Shown in pieces: positions 1-10,423 of a DNA stretch of 64,000 nt; the first letter of the stretch is position 1; every line of letters begins with the position of its first letter. Location of the stretch: positions 24,800,001 to 24,864,000 of the forward strand of contig NC_083239.1 of assembly GCF_032191835.1 (NCBI RefSeq). Reading direction: 5' to 3'. The position numbers and the translations under genes are program-made. The DNA is from Heteronotia binoei. Its lineage: Eukaryota. The notes under the pieces were generated by a model, which did no database searches, was not told the DNA's origin, and saw only the letters and a program-made list of their open reading frames with translations.

Positions 1-27
1 CTCACCAGGGGAGCGAAGAGGAAGAAG

Positions 28-290
28 ACTGCAGATTTATACCCTGCGCTTCTCTCTGAATCAGAGCTACCGTAATAACAATCTCCTTTATCTTCTCCCC
101 CCACAACAGACGCCCTGTAAGGTGGGTGGGGCTGAGAGGGCTCTCACAGCAGCTGCCCTTTCAAGAACAACTCCTGAGACAGCTATGGCTAACCCAAGGC
201 CATTCCAGCAGCTGTAAGAGGAGGAGTGGGGAATCAAACCCGATTCTCCCAGATAAGAGTCCGCACACTTAACTGGGACACCAAACTGGC
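28..290 (-). mobile_element. tRNA-derived SINE with MIR/L2-like tail
   Basis: Head GCCAGTTTGGTG..GTTAAGTGTGCGGACTCTTATCTGGGAGAA.CGGGTTTGATTCCCC; related copies at 1254-1521 (-), 18016-18235 (+), 30083-30332 (-). Confidence 0.8.
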
Positions 291-591
291 CCACTGCCAC
301 TCTGGCCACAGTGCAGCCCTCACCCTACATCTGGTGCTTGGCTTTCAGTCAAGTGGTGGCCCCGGTTCTAGGGCAGCGTAGAGCTGTCAGCGTCGCCCTG
401 CTTCTAGGGCTGAATCGGGCTAAGGCACTGCGGCCTGCAGAAAGCCCGACAAGGGAGGCAGCTCCTTTGCTCCAACGGGCATCCTTCCTGCCACCGCCCA
501 CCTCCCCTCGTCCGCGCCCACAAAGGCCTGTTTGGCCACGGCTTGACAAGCCGAGGGCCGCGGCCAAGCCACCGGGGAAAGCAGCAGGTAC

Positions 592-861
592 CTTCTGGAT
601 GGACGACTTCCCACTGCGCCGCAGCCCCATGAGCAAGATGCGAGGCTGCTTGGAAGAGTCGCCGCCGGGGCCCAGCCCGCAGCCGCCGCCCGGCCCGCCC
701 CCGCCGCCCCCCAGCTCGGCCGCCTCGTCGTCATCCTCGTCCTCGTCGTCCTCGGCGCCGTAGCCGAAATCTTTGGGGAACGAGTCCGCCGCCCCGAAGC
801 TCCCGCCAGGCAAGACCGGCTCCTCAGCGCCGCTCGCCGCCCCGAACTGCAGCGCCGCCAT
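592..861 (-). CDS. RRAGC: Ras-related GTP-binding protein C, coding exon 1 (90 codons; rest of gene is left of the window)
   Basis: MAALQFG...GAADSFPKDFGYG...PRILLMGLRRSGKSSIQK (G1/P-loop) followed by donor AAG|GTACCT at 591; matches RagC N-terminus and its exon-1 boundary. Confidence 0.95.
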
Positions 862-1060
862 GCCCAGCCCCGCACAGCCCAGCCCCGGAGCCCACCTGCC
901 CGGACTGCGCGCGTTGATTGGCCCAGCACCTCGTGACCGGAAGGGGCGCTACATCCTCGCGGAAGAGGCTGGAGGCTCCCTAGCAACGGAGCCTACCGTC
1001 AAGGCTACCTTGTCCCCCCAGGGAGTCCGCCGCGCATGAGCCTCCCCCCTCCCCTTCCAC
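862..1060 (-). promoter_or_regulatory. RRAGC CpG-island promoter/5' UTR
   Basis: CpG-rich; CCAAT box (gattgg about 915-920); ETS-like CCGGAAG about 938; GTCACGAG E-box-like site about 931-938 on minus strand. Confidence 0.6.
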
Positions 1061-1099
1061 CGCCGCTCTGAGCCTTCTTTTAAAACTGCCTGCCGGGCC

Positions 1100-1230
1100 A
1101 GCTAGATGTAGCTCTGGTCACTGTACCTGATTCCTTGTCTGATGGAGTATGCGTAGAGCACACGGAAGCTTACATTCTGAATAAAACTTTGTTGGTCGTA
1201 AAGGTGCAACTTGACTCTTACTTTGTTTTA
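1100..1230 (+). mobile_element. Penelope-like element terminal fragment
   Basis: GAAGCTTACATTCTGAATAAAACTTTGTTGGTCGTAAAGGTGC motif; related copies at about 18567-18655 (-) and 51303-51450 (-); another Penelope-type end at 18237-18495. Confidence 0.55.
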
Positions 1231-1633
1231 AAATGATGATGATGAAGATGATATTGGATTTATATCCCGCCCTATACTCTGAATCTCAGAGTGGTAATCT
1301 CTTTTACTTCCCCCCCCCCCCACACACACACACTACAGATACCCTGTGAGGTAGATGGGGCTGAGAGAGCTCTTGCAGCAGCTGCCCTTTCAAAGACAAC
1401 GCCTGCGAGAGCTATGGCTGGCCCAAGGCCATTCCAGCAGCTGCAAGTGGAGGAGTGGGGAATCAAACTCAGTTCTGCCAGATAAGAGTCCATGCACTTA
1501 ACCACTACACCAAACTGACTCTCCGCCCTGGAACAGAAGGGGCCAGCTCGCAATGCTGAATCTCGTGAGGGCTCCAAGGAGGGTTGCTGGCTTCCAGGAG
1601 GGAGGATGACCCAAAATAAACCATGAATTAATA

Positions 1634-1753
1634 CAGGGCACTTTTTTTGTAGAAAAAGCCCTGAATGAACTCATTTGCATATTAGGCCACACCCCCTCGT
1701 GCCATGCCAGCCAGAACTTTGTTCCTGTGTGTTCCTATTAAAAAAGAGCCCTG
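1634..1753. mobile_element. hAT-type MITE (CAGGGC..TTTT TIR family), short form
   Basis: TIRs CAGGGCACTTTTTT / AAAAGAGCCCTG; same family as 30368, 36234, 45504, 46817 copies; TSD not clean. Confidence 0.65.
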
Positions 1754-1760
1754 ATTAGTA

Positions 1761-2080
1761 ACATCAAAATTGTAAGAATTTCATTGAAGTTCAAATTCAA
1801 CATACATAACAATATGAATGTCTAGTTCAATAGGAAGCTGAATTTGTTTTTCCCTTCTCTAATTGCGATGCAATACAATAAAGTGCTTGTGCAAAAATAG
1901 CAATGCAGTCCAACAAATGTAGCAGCACTGACTATATTGCTGTTTTCGCACAAGCACTTTATTGAGGCCATTCTGAGACATTCATCATTGAGTTCAACTT
2001 CATATTGAAATAGATATTGTTATGTATATTGAATTTGAATTTCAATTAAATTCTTACAATTTTGATACAAATTTTGATGT
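1761..2080. repeat. AT-rich imperfect palindrome (foldback MITE-like)
   Basis: ATCAAAATTGTAAGAATTTCATTGAAGTTCAAATTCAACATACATAACAATAT (about 1764-1816) pairs with about 2015-2067; inner stem AATAAAGTGCTTGTGC..AATAGCAAT / ATTGCTGTTTTCGCACAAGCACTTTATT. Confidence 0.75.
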
Positions 2081-3149
2081 AAGTAATTAATTCAAAGTTT
2101 ACTTTTGGGTATCTTTTTGCTGCCATGACTTCCAGGAGGGACCTGGCGTTCTGAAATTATAGCTGATCTCCATACCACAGAGATGTTTTTCCTTGGACCT
2201 CATGATCTATGGCATTACATTTCTGCTGAGCAGCATCTTTCCTTTCCCAAATTCTGCCCTCCTCCGACACCACCCCAAGTCCTCCAGGAATTTTTCATGC
2301 CAGTTGGCAACCCTAGCTCCAAGGCAGGTCCTCGCCAGGCTCTACAATGCTGCAGGCCATGATCCACACAGTCCTGCCTTCAATTGTTGCTTTTTCTCCT
2401 CCTCCCCTTATTTTTTTGTAATGAGCCTGATGAAGAAGCAAACATTTTATGTGTTGATAATTGGTCCTGAGGAAAACTGAGTTACTCAGGAGGTTAATTT
2501 TTAGATCCTTCTACCAACCAGCACAGCCAGAGACCCTGGTTGCCAGTTTGTCTTCCTTTGTCAACCAGCTCCCTCCAAACTGATATGAAGGACTTGCATT
2601 TTTGGCTGAGATCCTATGACAGCCTCTTACTGCCTCCTGGAAGCTGCTGAACTCCACTAATTTTATCGGCAAATTTCAGACAGCTGGCCAGGCCTTGCTC
2701 CAGCTTAGAACTGCTTATGAAAGCTCATTTATGTGCTGGATCAGGACCCACAGCAGCAGCATCCCACTGGCAGCACTCACTGCTACTTTCAAATGGACTC
2801 CCTTGAAGAAATAGTAGATACATGGATTAAAGCAGAGGTGTCAAACATAGAGCCCGCGGGCCAGAACCAGCCCACCAAGGTCTTTAATGTGGCTCACGGT
2901 AGAGCACTCCCCCCCCCCAAAAAAAATCCCACTCCCACAGTTAAAAAATTTGTTGCCAATTATTACTGGGGTCGGCAGTAAGATTGGCAGTTCCATGTGA
3001 CTGGCTTTTTCCTGACTGCTGAGATCAGCTACTTCCTCTTCCCAGCAAATCCCACCCCCTCATTTATTGGGTCCGCCTTCCCCTTGCTTGCTATGGCAGG
3101 TCCTGTGTGTGCAAGCCAAGTTTGAGTGCAGTAGCACTGAAGACCTACA

Positions 3150-3860
3150 AAGGTATGAGTAGGGTCTGTTTCCTTCTTTCTCCCCCCTCCCTCCACACCA
3201 GTGTGCTTGCAAAGAAAAGTTTTACTCCAGTGGCATGTAAGACACAAAGTTTCCTTCACGCCAGGAGCTGGGTCTCTTTCTTCTTCCCTCCCCCCCCACC
3301 CCCCACCCCCATGTCTCTGTATTTGCAAATAAAAGTTTTACTCCAGTGGCACTTAAGATGCAAAGTTTCCTTCAAGCCAGGAGCTGGGTCTGTTCCTTCT
3401 TCCCTCCCCAACCCCCCCCTCTCTGTATTTGCAAATAAAAGTTTTACTCCAGTGGCACTTAAGATGCAAAGTTTCCTTCAAGCCAGGAGCTGGGTCTGTT
3501 CCTTCTTCCCTCCCCAACCCCCCCCTCTCTGTATTTGCAAATAAAAGTTTTACTCCAGTGGCACTTAAGATGCAAAGTTTCCTTCAAGCTAGGAGCTGCA
3601 TCTGTTTCCTTCTCCCCTTCCCCATGTTTCTGTGTTTACAAAGAAGTTTTACTGCAGTGGCACTGAAGTCACAGTTTCTTTCAAGCCAGAAGCCAGATCT
3701 TTTCCTTCTCTGCCCCCCCCCCCCCCCGTGTTTGCAAAGAAGTTTTATTGCAGTAGCTGGATCTGTTTCCTTCTTCCCTCCCCCCACCCCTCACGTTTGT
3801 GTTCGCAAAACTTCGTTTGAATCCAGTGGTACTTAAAACGAAGAAAGTTTTCTTCAAGGT
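3150..3860. repeat. 106-bp minisatellite, about 6-7 copies
   Basis: TTTGCAAATAAAAGTTTTACTCCAGTGGCACTTAAGATGC recurs at 3322, 3428, 3534 (period 106), with degenerate copies on both sides. Confidence 0.85.
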
Positions 3861-5321
3861 ATGATGTTTCCTGTGCCTTGCCACTCTCTGTATGTTTGCA
3901 TGTTCTGTTGTGCTCATTATGCTGCAGTTTTCCCAGGTGCAACTGGGTCCTCCCTCTTTCCCTAGCCCGGTTGCCAAGCAGCTGTGTGTGTGCAAAGCAA
4001 GCCAGTGAGGTGGACATTAGGCTGAGAGTGTTTGTCCAGATCACGTTCACCCAGCATATTTCGTTTTATAAACTAGGGGGTTTTAATCTAAGCCTCCCAA
4101 ATGGTAGGCTTACACTGATCATGATACATGGCTGTCTATTATTGTCGGGGGTGAGGCTGCTTCTGCAGCTCAAGGAAGAATTTGCAACATTGAATCTGGA
4201 GCAAACTGGATACTATTTCTTACTAGTGTCACTGAAGTGGATTTCCCTCCAGACCTACACTTACAACACTTTCAAGTTGGACTGGAATTCTGAACTGTGA
4301 AACAGGACCTAGGGGAATGTGTCTTTATATACACAGTGATTTATGTTGAGTGCTGGATGTGTATGAGTGATGTGTGCAGTGTGTGGAACATATGGTGTGA
4401 ATTTCCACTTCTGTATTGTATGAATTTTTATGGTAGTTTGCAATCATATTTTGACTATTTGGCTACTATATAGTGTGCAGTTATTTTGTTCTACTTCAGT
4501 TGTATCTGTGCATTCCTTACTCCTATGCAATCCCCAGGTGGGGGCAGGGGATCCGACAATTTGGAAGCCCTCCTCCCACTTCAGGGTCATCAGAAAGTGG
4601 GGGGGAGGGAAATATCTGCTGAGCACTCCATTATTCCCTATGGCGACTGATCACCATAGGACATAATGGAGAATTGATCTGTGGGTATCTGGGGCTCTGT
4701 TTATTCAGGTAGAGGCACCAATTTGCCGCATAGCATCCAATGCTGCTCCTCAAAACATCCTCCAAGTTTCAAAAAGATTGGACTAGGGGGTCCAATTCTA
4801 TGAGCCCCCAAAGAAGGTGCCCCATCCTTCATTATTTCTAAAAGATGTGCGGTCCCTTTAAATGTGACGGCCAGAACTCCCTTTGGAGTTCAGTTATGCT
4901 TGTCTCAACCTTGTTCCTGGCTCCACCCCCAAAGTCCCCAGATATTTCTTGAATTGGACATGGCAACCTTATTTGGACCCTAACAGTACAATCCTAAGAA
5001 CAGTTACACCCTTCTCAGTCCACTGATTTCAGTGGATTTAAATGACTTAAGGATTGCACTATAAATGGCTGTGGTTTGTTTGCTTTTAAAGCCCTACAAT
5101 GGCTTTCTCATTTCCCATGAGCATGCTCAGTCTTCACCAGAAAGCATTTCACAAGAATTCTTGTACATATATAGAAACTCTTCTCTTATCCTGAGAAACA
5201 CTCAGTTATAAATTTCAATAACTGAAGGTGGGAAAGAAAGCAGAGGAAAAATATCACAGGGAAAGGTCTGTCCCAGTTTCTGTAAACTGTTAAGAGTTCA
5301 AGGAAGTATCTCCTTACCATC

Positions 5322-5858
5322 TGTCACGATCCTGGGCCTAGTGAAGCCTATAGGCTCCAGAGAAGCCTGCCTAAAAGTTACTACAGAAAGTCTACATCTC
5401 CCAGGATCCCCTCTCATTGGATGGCAAGGTTCTGGAGGAAAACTAGCCCAGAGAGGGGGTGGGACCTGGGAGGAGAGCATAAAAGGGTCAAGCAGGCAGG
5501 GAGGTTCTCTCTGGAAAAGGCTGCAGGAGAGGAGGCAGCAGGGGAGATCCCTCACCCAAGGTGGTGAGTTCTGGTATTAGAGGAAGGGAATGTCTAGTTA
5601 GTTGCGTCAGGGCTTCTGTTTATTTGCACCCACCTTTACCGTATATATATTTCACTGGTTTTACCCACTTATTATTTGAGTACTGTAAATAAACTGTTGT
5701 TATACTGCTTAGGTCCTCGCATCTCCTTGGTCTCAGTTAAGAGGTATTTACTAATAAGGAAGACAAAGGTGGTTGGGTGCTCTGGGCCCTCCCATGCAGA
5801 CCCTTACCAGAGTGGTGGCAGCCAGTAGAAAGCCTTCGTAGGCCCCTGCTGTGTGACA
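5322..5858 (+). mobile_element. Solo LTR (537 bp)
   Basis: TGTCAC...GTGACA termini, 5-bp TSD CCATC at 5317-5321 and 5859-5863, TATA-like CATAAAAG about 5478, AATAAA about 5688. Confidence 0.85.
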
Positions 5859-7015
5859 CCATCTTTTTTTCTCTTTAACAGATGCTCATCTGTCCTCTCT
5901 ATTTCATGGCTCCAATATCATGCATAGCACTTTTAGTTTACAAAGTAATTAAATTGGCACATCTGAGGGATGCCCCCACTGTACATCAGCCTCTATTCTG
6001 TTTTTCATGACCTGGGTTAATTTCCCTACTATAAGCAAACTTGATGGCTGTGTCTATCAGGACTTAAGACTCTCATCCCATTTATACTCTCAATTCTTAA
6101 AAGGTTACATTTACTACCATTAACTAAGGAAGCATAAGAAATCTGCTATTTATCCAAAAGCAAGATTCAGACCTATTATTGCATTCTAAAATCCTCCCCC
6201 ACTGCCTATTATTTGCAATCAGTGGGCCCAAGATGGAAGTTTGTCAGTGCACTGTTTGCTTCCACATATCAGCTGTTCCTGAGGCGCTTGAGGAGCCAAT
6301 GTACTCAAAACATTTTGTTTGCTACACTTAAAGGCAAAGACACTGTAAAAGGATTTTGTTCTAGATGGTTTATTGCCAACTAGAAAAAGCGTCCTGGACA
6401 CTGGGAAAGGTAGCCCACCAGGAAGCAGTACAATCCTTGAAAACTGTCACCGTTGGGGAATGGTGTAACCAGACTTTTTGCATGTCAGCCTCAAATCTTC
6501 CGTAAGAAATGCAGATTACAAATGAATGACTAATGCCACTCCCAACAAGGATGCTAAATTCTAACTAAACCATTCACATTCTTTTTTTGCATTGCTGCAG
6601 CAACTTTGAGAGCCAGTTTAAGCTGAAAAGTGGGATAGAAATATAATAGTCATGTGGGAGGTGGTAGATGCATTACAAAAGTCAGGGGGTAGAGGAAGAT
6701 GCATCACAAAAATTAGCATTATCTTGACAACCTCCAGGACATTTTCCTAAATGTTCCTCAGTAAAAGAATCACTCATTAATCCAATGCTTCATCATATCC
6801 AAGCTTCTCCAGCCTTACACAGCGTTATGAACAGAGTACAACAGTCCTCTCCTACTGTAAACTCTACTCCTAAAGTGCCTGTGTTTCAAAACACTTCCTA
6901 GGGAGGACAACAATCATCTTGTTCACCATGGAATAAAAAGAGGTTTATCATTAAAAGAGCAATACTACATTAGTTGTGCTTCGAAATGCTTTATTTAAGT
7001 CACATGCAAAGGACC

Positions 7016-7060
7016 TTATTCTCCCCGTTTCTCTTCCTGAGGTGGTTCATACTGATTCAG
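7016..7060 (-). CDS. MYCBP: MYCBP exon 5 (LNQYEPPQEEKRGE*)
   Basis: Acceptor CTCTTTGCAG at 7061; TAA at 7016-7018; AATAAA at 6990-6995 and 6369-6374 downstream. Confidence 0.93.
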   Translation of the reverse strand: MNQYEPPQEEKRGE

Positions 7061-7267
7061 CTGCAAAGAGGAAAGGGGGCAAAGTCATTTTACAAAAATA
7101 AAGAACAACCCCTACAAAGATGCTTTTGGACAGAAATCAGAACTTTTTCTTTCACTGCCTCCCTGACCTGCCCCAACCTAAAATTTGGTTGGAAATCAGG
7201 CCAGGTGCACAGAATTGCCCCTCACAGTCTCTCCTGAAAGGAAAGCTGGGGGTGGGGGGAGTATTAC

Positions 7268-7400
7268 CTTTGCCTTAAGCCTCTTGTTCTCTTCCAGTAC
7301 CGCTTCGTACTTCTCTTTCGCCTCGGCCACTTCCAGCCGCAGGGCCTCGACTTCCGGGTTCTCCGGCGCAGCAGCTGCCCCCAAGTGGTGCTTCAGGAAG
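7268..7400 (-). CDS. MYCBP: MYCBP exon 4
   Basis: (D)FLKHHLGAAAAPENPEVEALRLEVAEAKEKYEAVLEENKRLKAK; AG at 7401-7402, GT at 7266-7267. Confidence 0.95.
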
Positions 7401-7451
7401 CTGGCAGCAAAAGTTAAGGCCAAAACCACAAGAAACCAGGTGGCACTCACA

Positions 7452-8725
7452 TGGTGCATTCACACAACACTAAATACTACGCTTTACATCCAGATTTTTA
7501 CTGTGTAAGGCCGAGGTCAAACGCACATAAACTGACGAGATGGGCATGGATGAAAGCCAGATGCATGTCGGATTTTATGCGGTTGTCCAAACATCAGCAT
7601 CTGGCAATGGTCGTTGGCTCATTTGTGTCCCGAACTGCCACGACTGAGACGCAGACTTTTTTTATAGTACATTAAATCCGGAATAAGAATGCTTCCGACG
7701 ACTCCTGTGTGTACTTTCTATGTTTGAACGCTCCACTGTAGCCGACTCGTTGCAAGCGCACATCCGCTTCCCTGCGAGAGCCCACTCCAAATGATATCAT
7801 TGCGCCAGCAATTGTTGACTCAGCCTTCCAACCTTCCGAGGTCGGTAAAATATGTACCCAGCTTGCTGGGGGAGTGGGGAAGTATAGATGACTGGGAAAG
7901 GCAATGGCAAACCACCCCATAAAAGGTCTGCCATGAAAACTTTGTGAAAGCAGCATCACCCCAGAGTCGAAAATGACTGGTGCTTGCACAGGGGACCTTT
8001 CCTAAATGGGGGGGGGGAGGCAGATTTCCCACCTTTGCTGTCTCCCTGCCAGGGGAGGAAGATGACCCACCTTTGCCGTCTCCCCGCCAGGCGGAGAGAC
8101 AGCAAAGAGAGTTGCCGTACCCCCCCCCATTTAAACACCACAGCGGGGTGCTTAAAGGGGGGGAGAAAGATCACCCACCTTTTCTGTCTCCCTGCCAGGC
8201 AGAGAGACAGCAAAGAGAGCTGCCATGCTCCCCCCCCCCCATTTAAACACCACGGTGGGGTGTTTAAATGGAGGGGGGAGGAAGATCACCCACCTTTGCT
8301 GTCTCCCTGCCAGACAGAGAGACAGCAAAGAGAGTTGCCGTGCTCCCCCACCCATTTAAACACCACGGTGGGGTGTTTAAATGGGGTGGGGAGGAAGATC
8401 TCCCATCTTTGCTGCCCACCTTTTCTGGCACCTTTTAAAAAAAAAGCCATGCAAAATATCCCACGTACTGCGCTTGCGCAGGTGTGGAATGCCATCTCAA
8501 AAAATGAGGTCCGGTTGAGACCTCTGATCAACCAGCGACGGGACCAACACTGCTTAGAACTGAAGGATGGAGAATGTCTGATGAGGAAATTCATTGTAAA
8601 AAAACTGCAGGGTATAATAGTGACGGGTTAGGGATGGATTTAATGGTGAGTGTGACCTCGGCCTAAGAATAGCAAAAAAAAATCCGTATGAAAAACGCAT
8701 TATTTAGTGTAGTGTGGATGCACCA
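7452..8725. mobile_element. Non-autonomous PIF/Harbinger-type DNA transposon in MYCBP intron 3, containing a Sauria SINE segment and tandem hairpin repeats
   Basis: About 70-bp imperfect TIRs TGGTGCATTCACACAACACTAAATA.. / ..TATTTAGTGTAGTGTGGATGCACCA; 3-bp TSD ACA (7449-7451, 8726-8728); related ends at about 32216-32540 and 51960-52065. Confidence 0.75.
7813..8000 (+). mobile_element. Sauria SINE (3' part)
   Basis: GTTGACTCAGCCTTCCA..GGCAATGGCAAACCACCCC..ACTGGTGCTTGCACAGGGGAC; other copies at 11808-12032 (-), 18712-18945 (+), 49094-49390 (-). Confidence 0.85.
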
Positions 8726-8787
8726 ACAGCTGCCCAGCCCGCTCCCGTGCGGGAAGCAGAAATGCAAGACGAGCAAGCAAAGGATAC

Positions 8788-8836
8788 TCGAGGGCGCAGT
8801 TGGGCTTCTCGGGTTCTTCGTACAGGGCGACCAAGA
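8788..8836 (-). CDS. MYCBP: MYCBP exon 3
   Basis: (V)LVALYEEPEKPNCAL(D), 49 nt, AG/GT flanked. Confidence 0.95.
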
Positions 8837-8937
8837 CTAAGAAGCGAGGGGAGTGGGGCGAGTTAGCGAGCGGGCAAGTCAAGGTGTTCCCCTCAGCGCG
8901 CCTCCCTTCCCTTCCCACCCGGCAGGTGCCTGCCTAC

Positions 8938-9010
8938 CTTTGGTGAGCGTGTCCATCACCCCCGACTTTTCCAAGTAGCGCCGGAACTGTTCCCGCTTGG
9001 AGTCGGCGGC
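8938..9010 (-). CDS. MYCBP: MYCBP exon 2
   Basis: AADSKREQFRRYLEKSGVMDTLTK, 73 nt, AG/GT flanked. Confidence 0.96.
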
Positions 9011-9094
9011 CTGCGGAGAGGAAACGGGAAAGAAGTGAGGGGCGGGGGCGGGGGAGCATGCAATCCAACCCCGGTCCCAATTCGGGCAACGAAC

Positions 9095-9109
9095 CTTGCT
9101 GTTCGCCAT
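9095..9109 (-). CDS. MYCBP: MYCBP exon 1 (MANSK)
   Basis: ATG GCG AAC AGC AAG|GTTCG; 15-nt coding exon equivalent to human MAHYK; total protein 104 aa. Confidence 0.85.
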
Positions 9110-9355
9110 TGGCGCTTCCCTATCGGCGGCCTCGACTGCGCCTGTGCCGGAAAGATGGCTGCGCCGCTGGGGCTTTTTTGAAGGCGACACGGCGTTCCCC
9201 CGTCGCCACGGTGACTGCAGCGAGGGAGGGGCTGCCGCTCCGCAGGGAGAGCCCGGCGCGCTCCTTGCGCCTGCGCAGAAGGGGAGATAGGCCTCGCCGC
9301 TCGCTGGAGGAGGTAGCCTGAGGGCGGTTTCCGTCAGCCCTCGCGCGACGGTTCC
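9110..9355 (-). promoter_or_regulatory. MYCBP CpG-island promoter
   Basis: YY1-like AAGATGGC about 9152-9159; NRF1-like TGCGCCTGCGCA about 9266-9277; CpG-dense. Confidence 0.6.
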
Positions 9356-10423
9356 TCAGATGCAGAGGTCTGGAGCGGCGCGCTTGCTGCTGGCGGCCGG
9401 TGGAGTGTGGGGCGGCCTGCTCTGCTCTTCCTTGGCTCCCTGAAGCGCCGCCTCGTTGTTGTTGGAGCTGCTGCTGTTCTGAGGAGGCGGCGATGCAGGC
9501 CCCCGGTGCTCTTGGCGGTCCTCTGAATGGCAGAGCGCCGCCAGCTCCGTTTGGTTTCCCAGGAGCCAGCTGAATCCGCTCGGGGCGGAAGGCAGGGGCC
9601 TCTGCGGCGCCCCGGCACGTAGTTGCAGCTCCGCGCCATTTCTGGCAGCGGCGGTGTGAGCCTCGTCCGCCTCGTCTTTCTTTTTGTCCTGGCCGCAGAT
9701 TCCCTTTCGAGTCTTCTTGAAGACGAGGTGCAGGAGCTCCAGGATGTTCAAACACAAGGAAACGGTTGCTATGGCTTGCATAAAAACAAGGAAGACGGTC
9801 TTTTCCGTCGGTCTGGAGACAAAGCACTCCACAGTGTTTGGGCAAGGAGCTGTTTGACATTTATACAGAGGGTCTAGCTGAAATCCATACAAAAGGTATT
9901 GGCCAATCATAAATCCAGTTTCAAGAATAGATCTAATAACGATATGGATCACGTAAGTACAGAGCAGTGAGCCCCGGAGGGGTGCCTTGTTGAGCTTCCT
10001 TTGCTCCAGTTGCCGGAGTTCCCTCTCTATTTTTTTACGATCCTCAATCATTTCAAATTCAGCTCCCTCCAGTTCAGCCCTCAGCTTTGCTTTTTTCTTT
10101 TGCCGTTCTTTTTCTAATGTCCTTAGTCTGTATAAGGCATGGCCCATGTACACCAAGGAAGGTGAGGATACAAAGATGACTTGCAAAACCCAGTATCTTA
10201 TTAGAGAAATGGGGAAGGCATGATCATAACACACATTTCTGCATCCAGGTTGCTGTGTGTTGCAAATGAATTCAGTCTGCTCATCATTCCAGACATCTTC
10301 GGCTGCCACACCAAGAACGAGCATCCGGAATATGAAGAGGATGGTTAGCCAGACCTTGCCAATGGTGGTGGAGTGAATATGGACTTCTTCTAAAATTCCT
10401 CCCAGGAAACTCCAGTCTCCCAT
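9356..10423 (-). CDS. GJA9: Gap junction alpha-9 (Cx59 orthologue), single coding exon, 355 aa
   Basis: [19 protein letters not shown]...[14 protein letters not shown]...[16 protein letters not shown] connexin signatures; cytoplasmic loop [22 protein letters not shown] typical of GJA9/GJA10; position between MYCBP and RHBDL2. Confidence 0.93.
   Translation of the reverse strand: MGDWSFLGGILEEVHIHSTTIGKVWLTILFIFRMLVLGVAAEDVWNDEQTEFICNTQQPGCRNVCYDHAFPISLIRYWVLQVIFVSSPSLVYMGHALYRLRTLEKERQKKKAKLRAELEGAEFEMIEDRKKIERELRQLEQRKLNKAPLRGSLLCTYVIHIVIRSILETGFMIGQYLLYGFQLDPLYKCQTAPCPNTVECFVSRPTEKTVFLVFMQAIATVSLCLNILELLHLVFKKTRKGICGQDKKKDEADEAHTAAARNGAELQLRAGAPQRPLPSAPSGFSWLLGNQTELAALCHSEDRQEHRGPASPPPQNSSSSNNNEAALQGAKEEQSRPPHTPPAASSKRAAPDLCI

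Noticed and set aside
311-1039. Plus-strand Pro/Ser-rich ORFs over RRAGC exon 1
   Set aside because: Antisense shadows of a GC-rich coding exon and CpG island.
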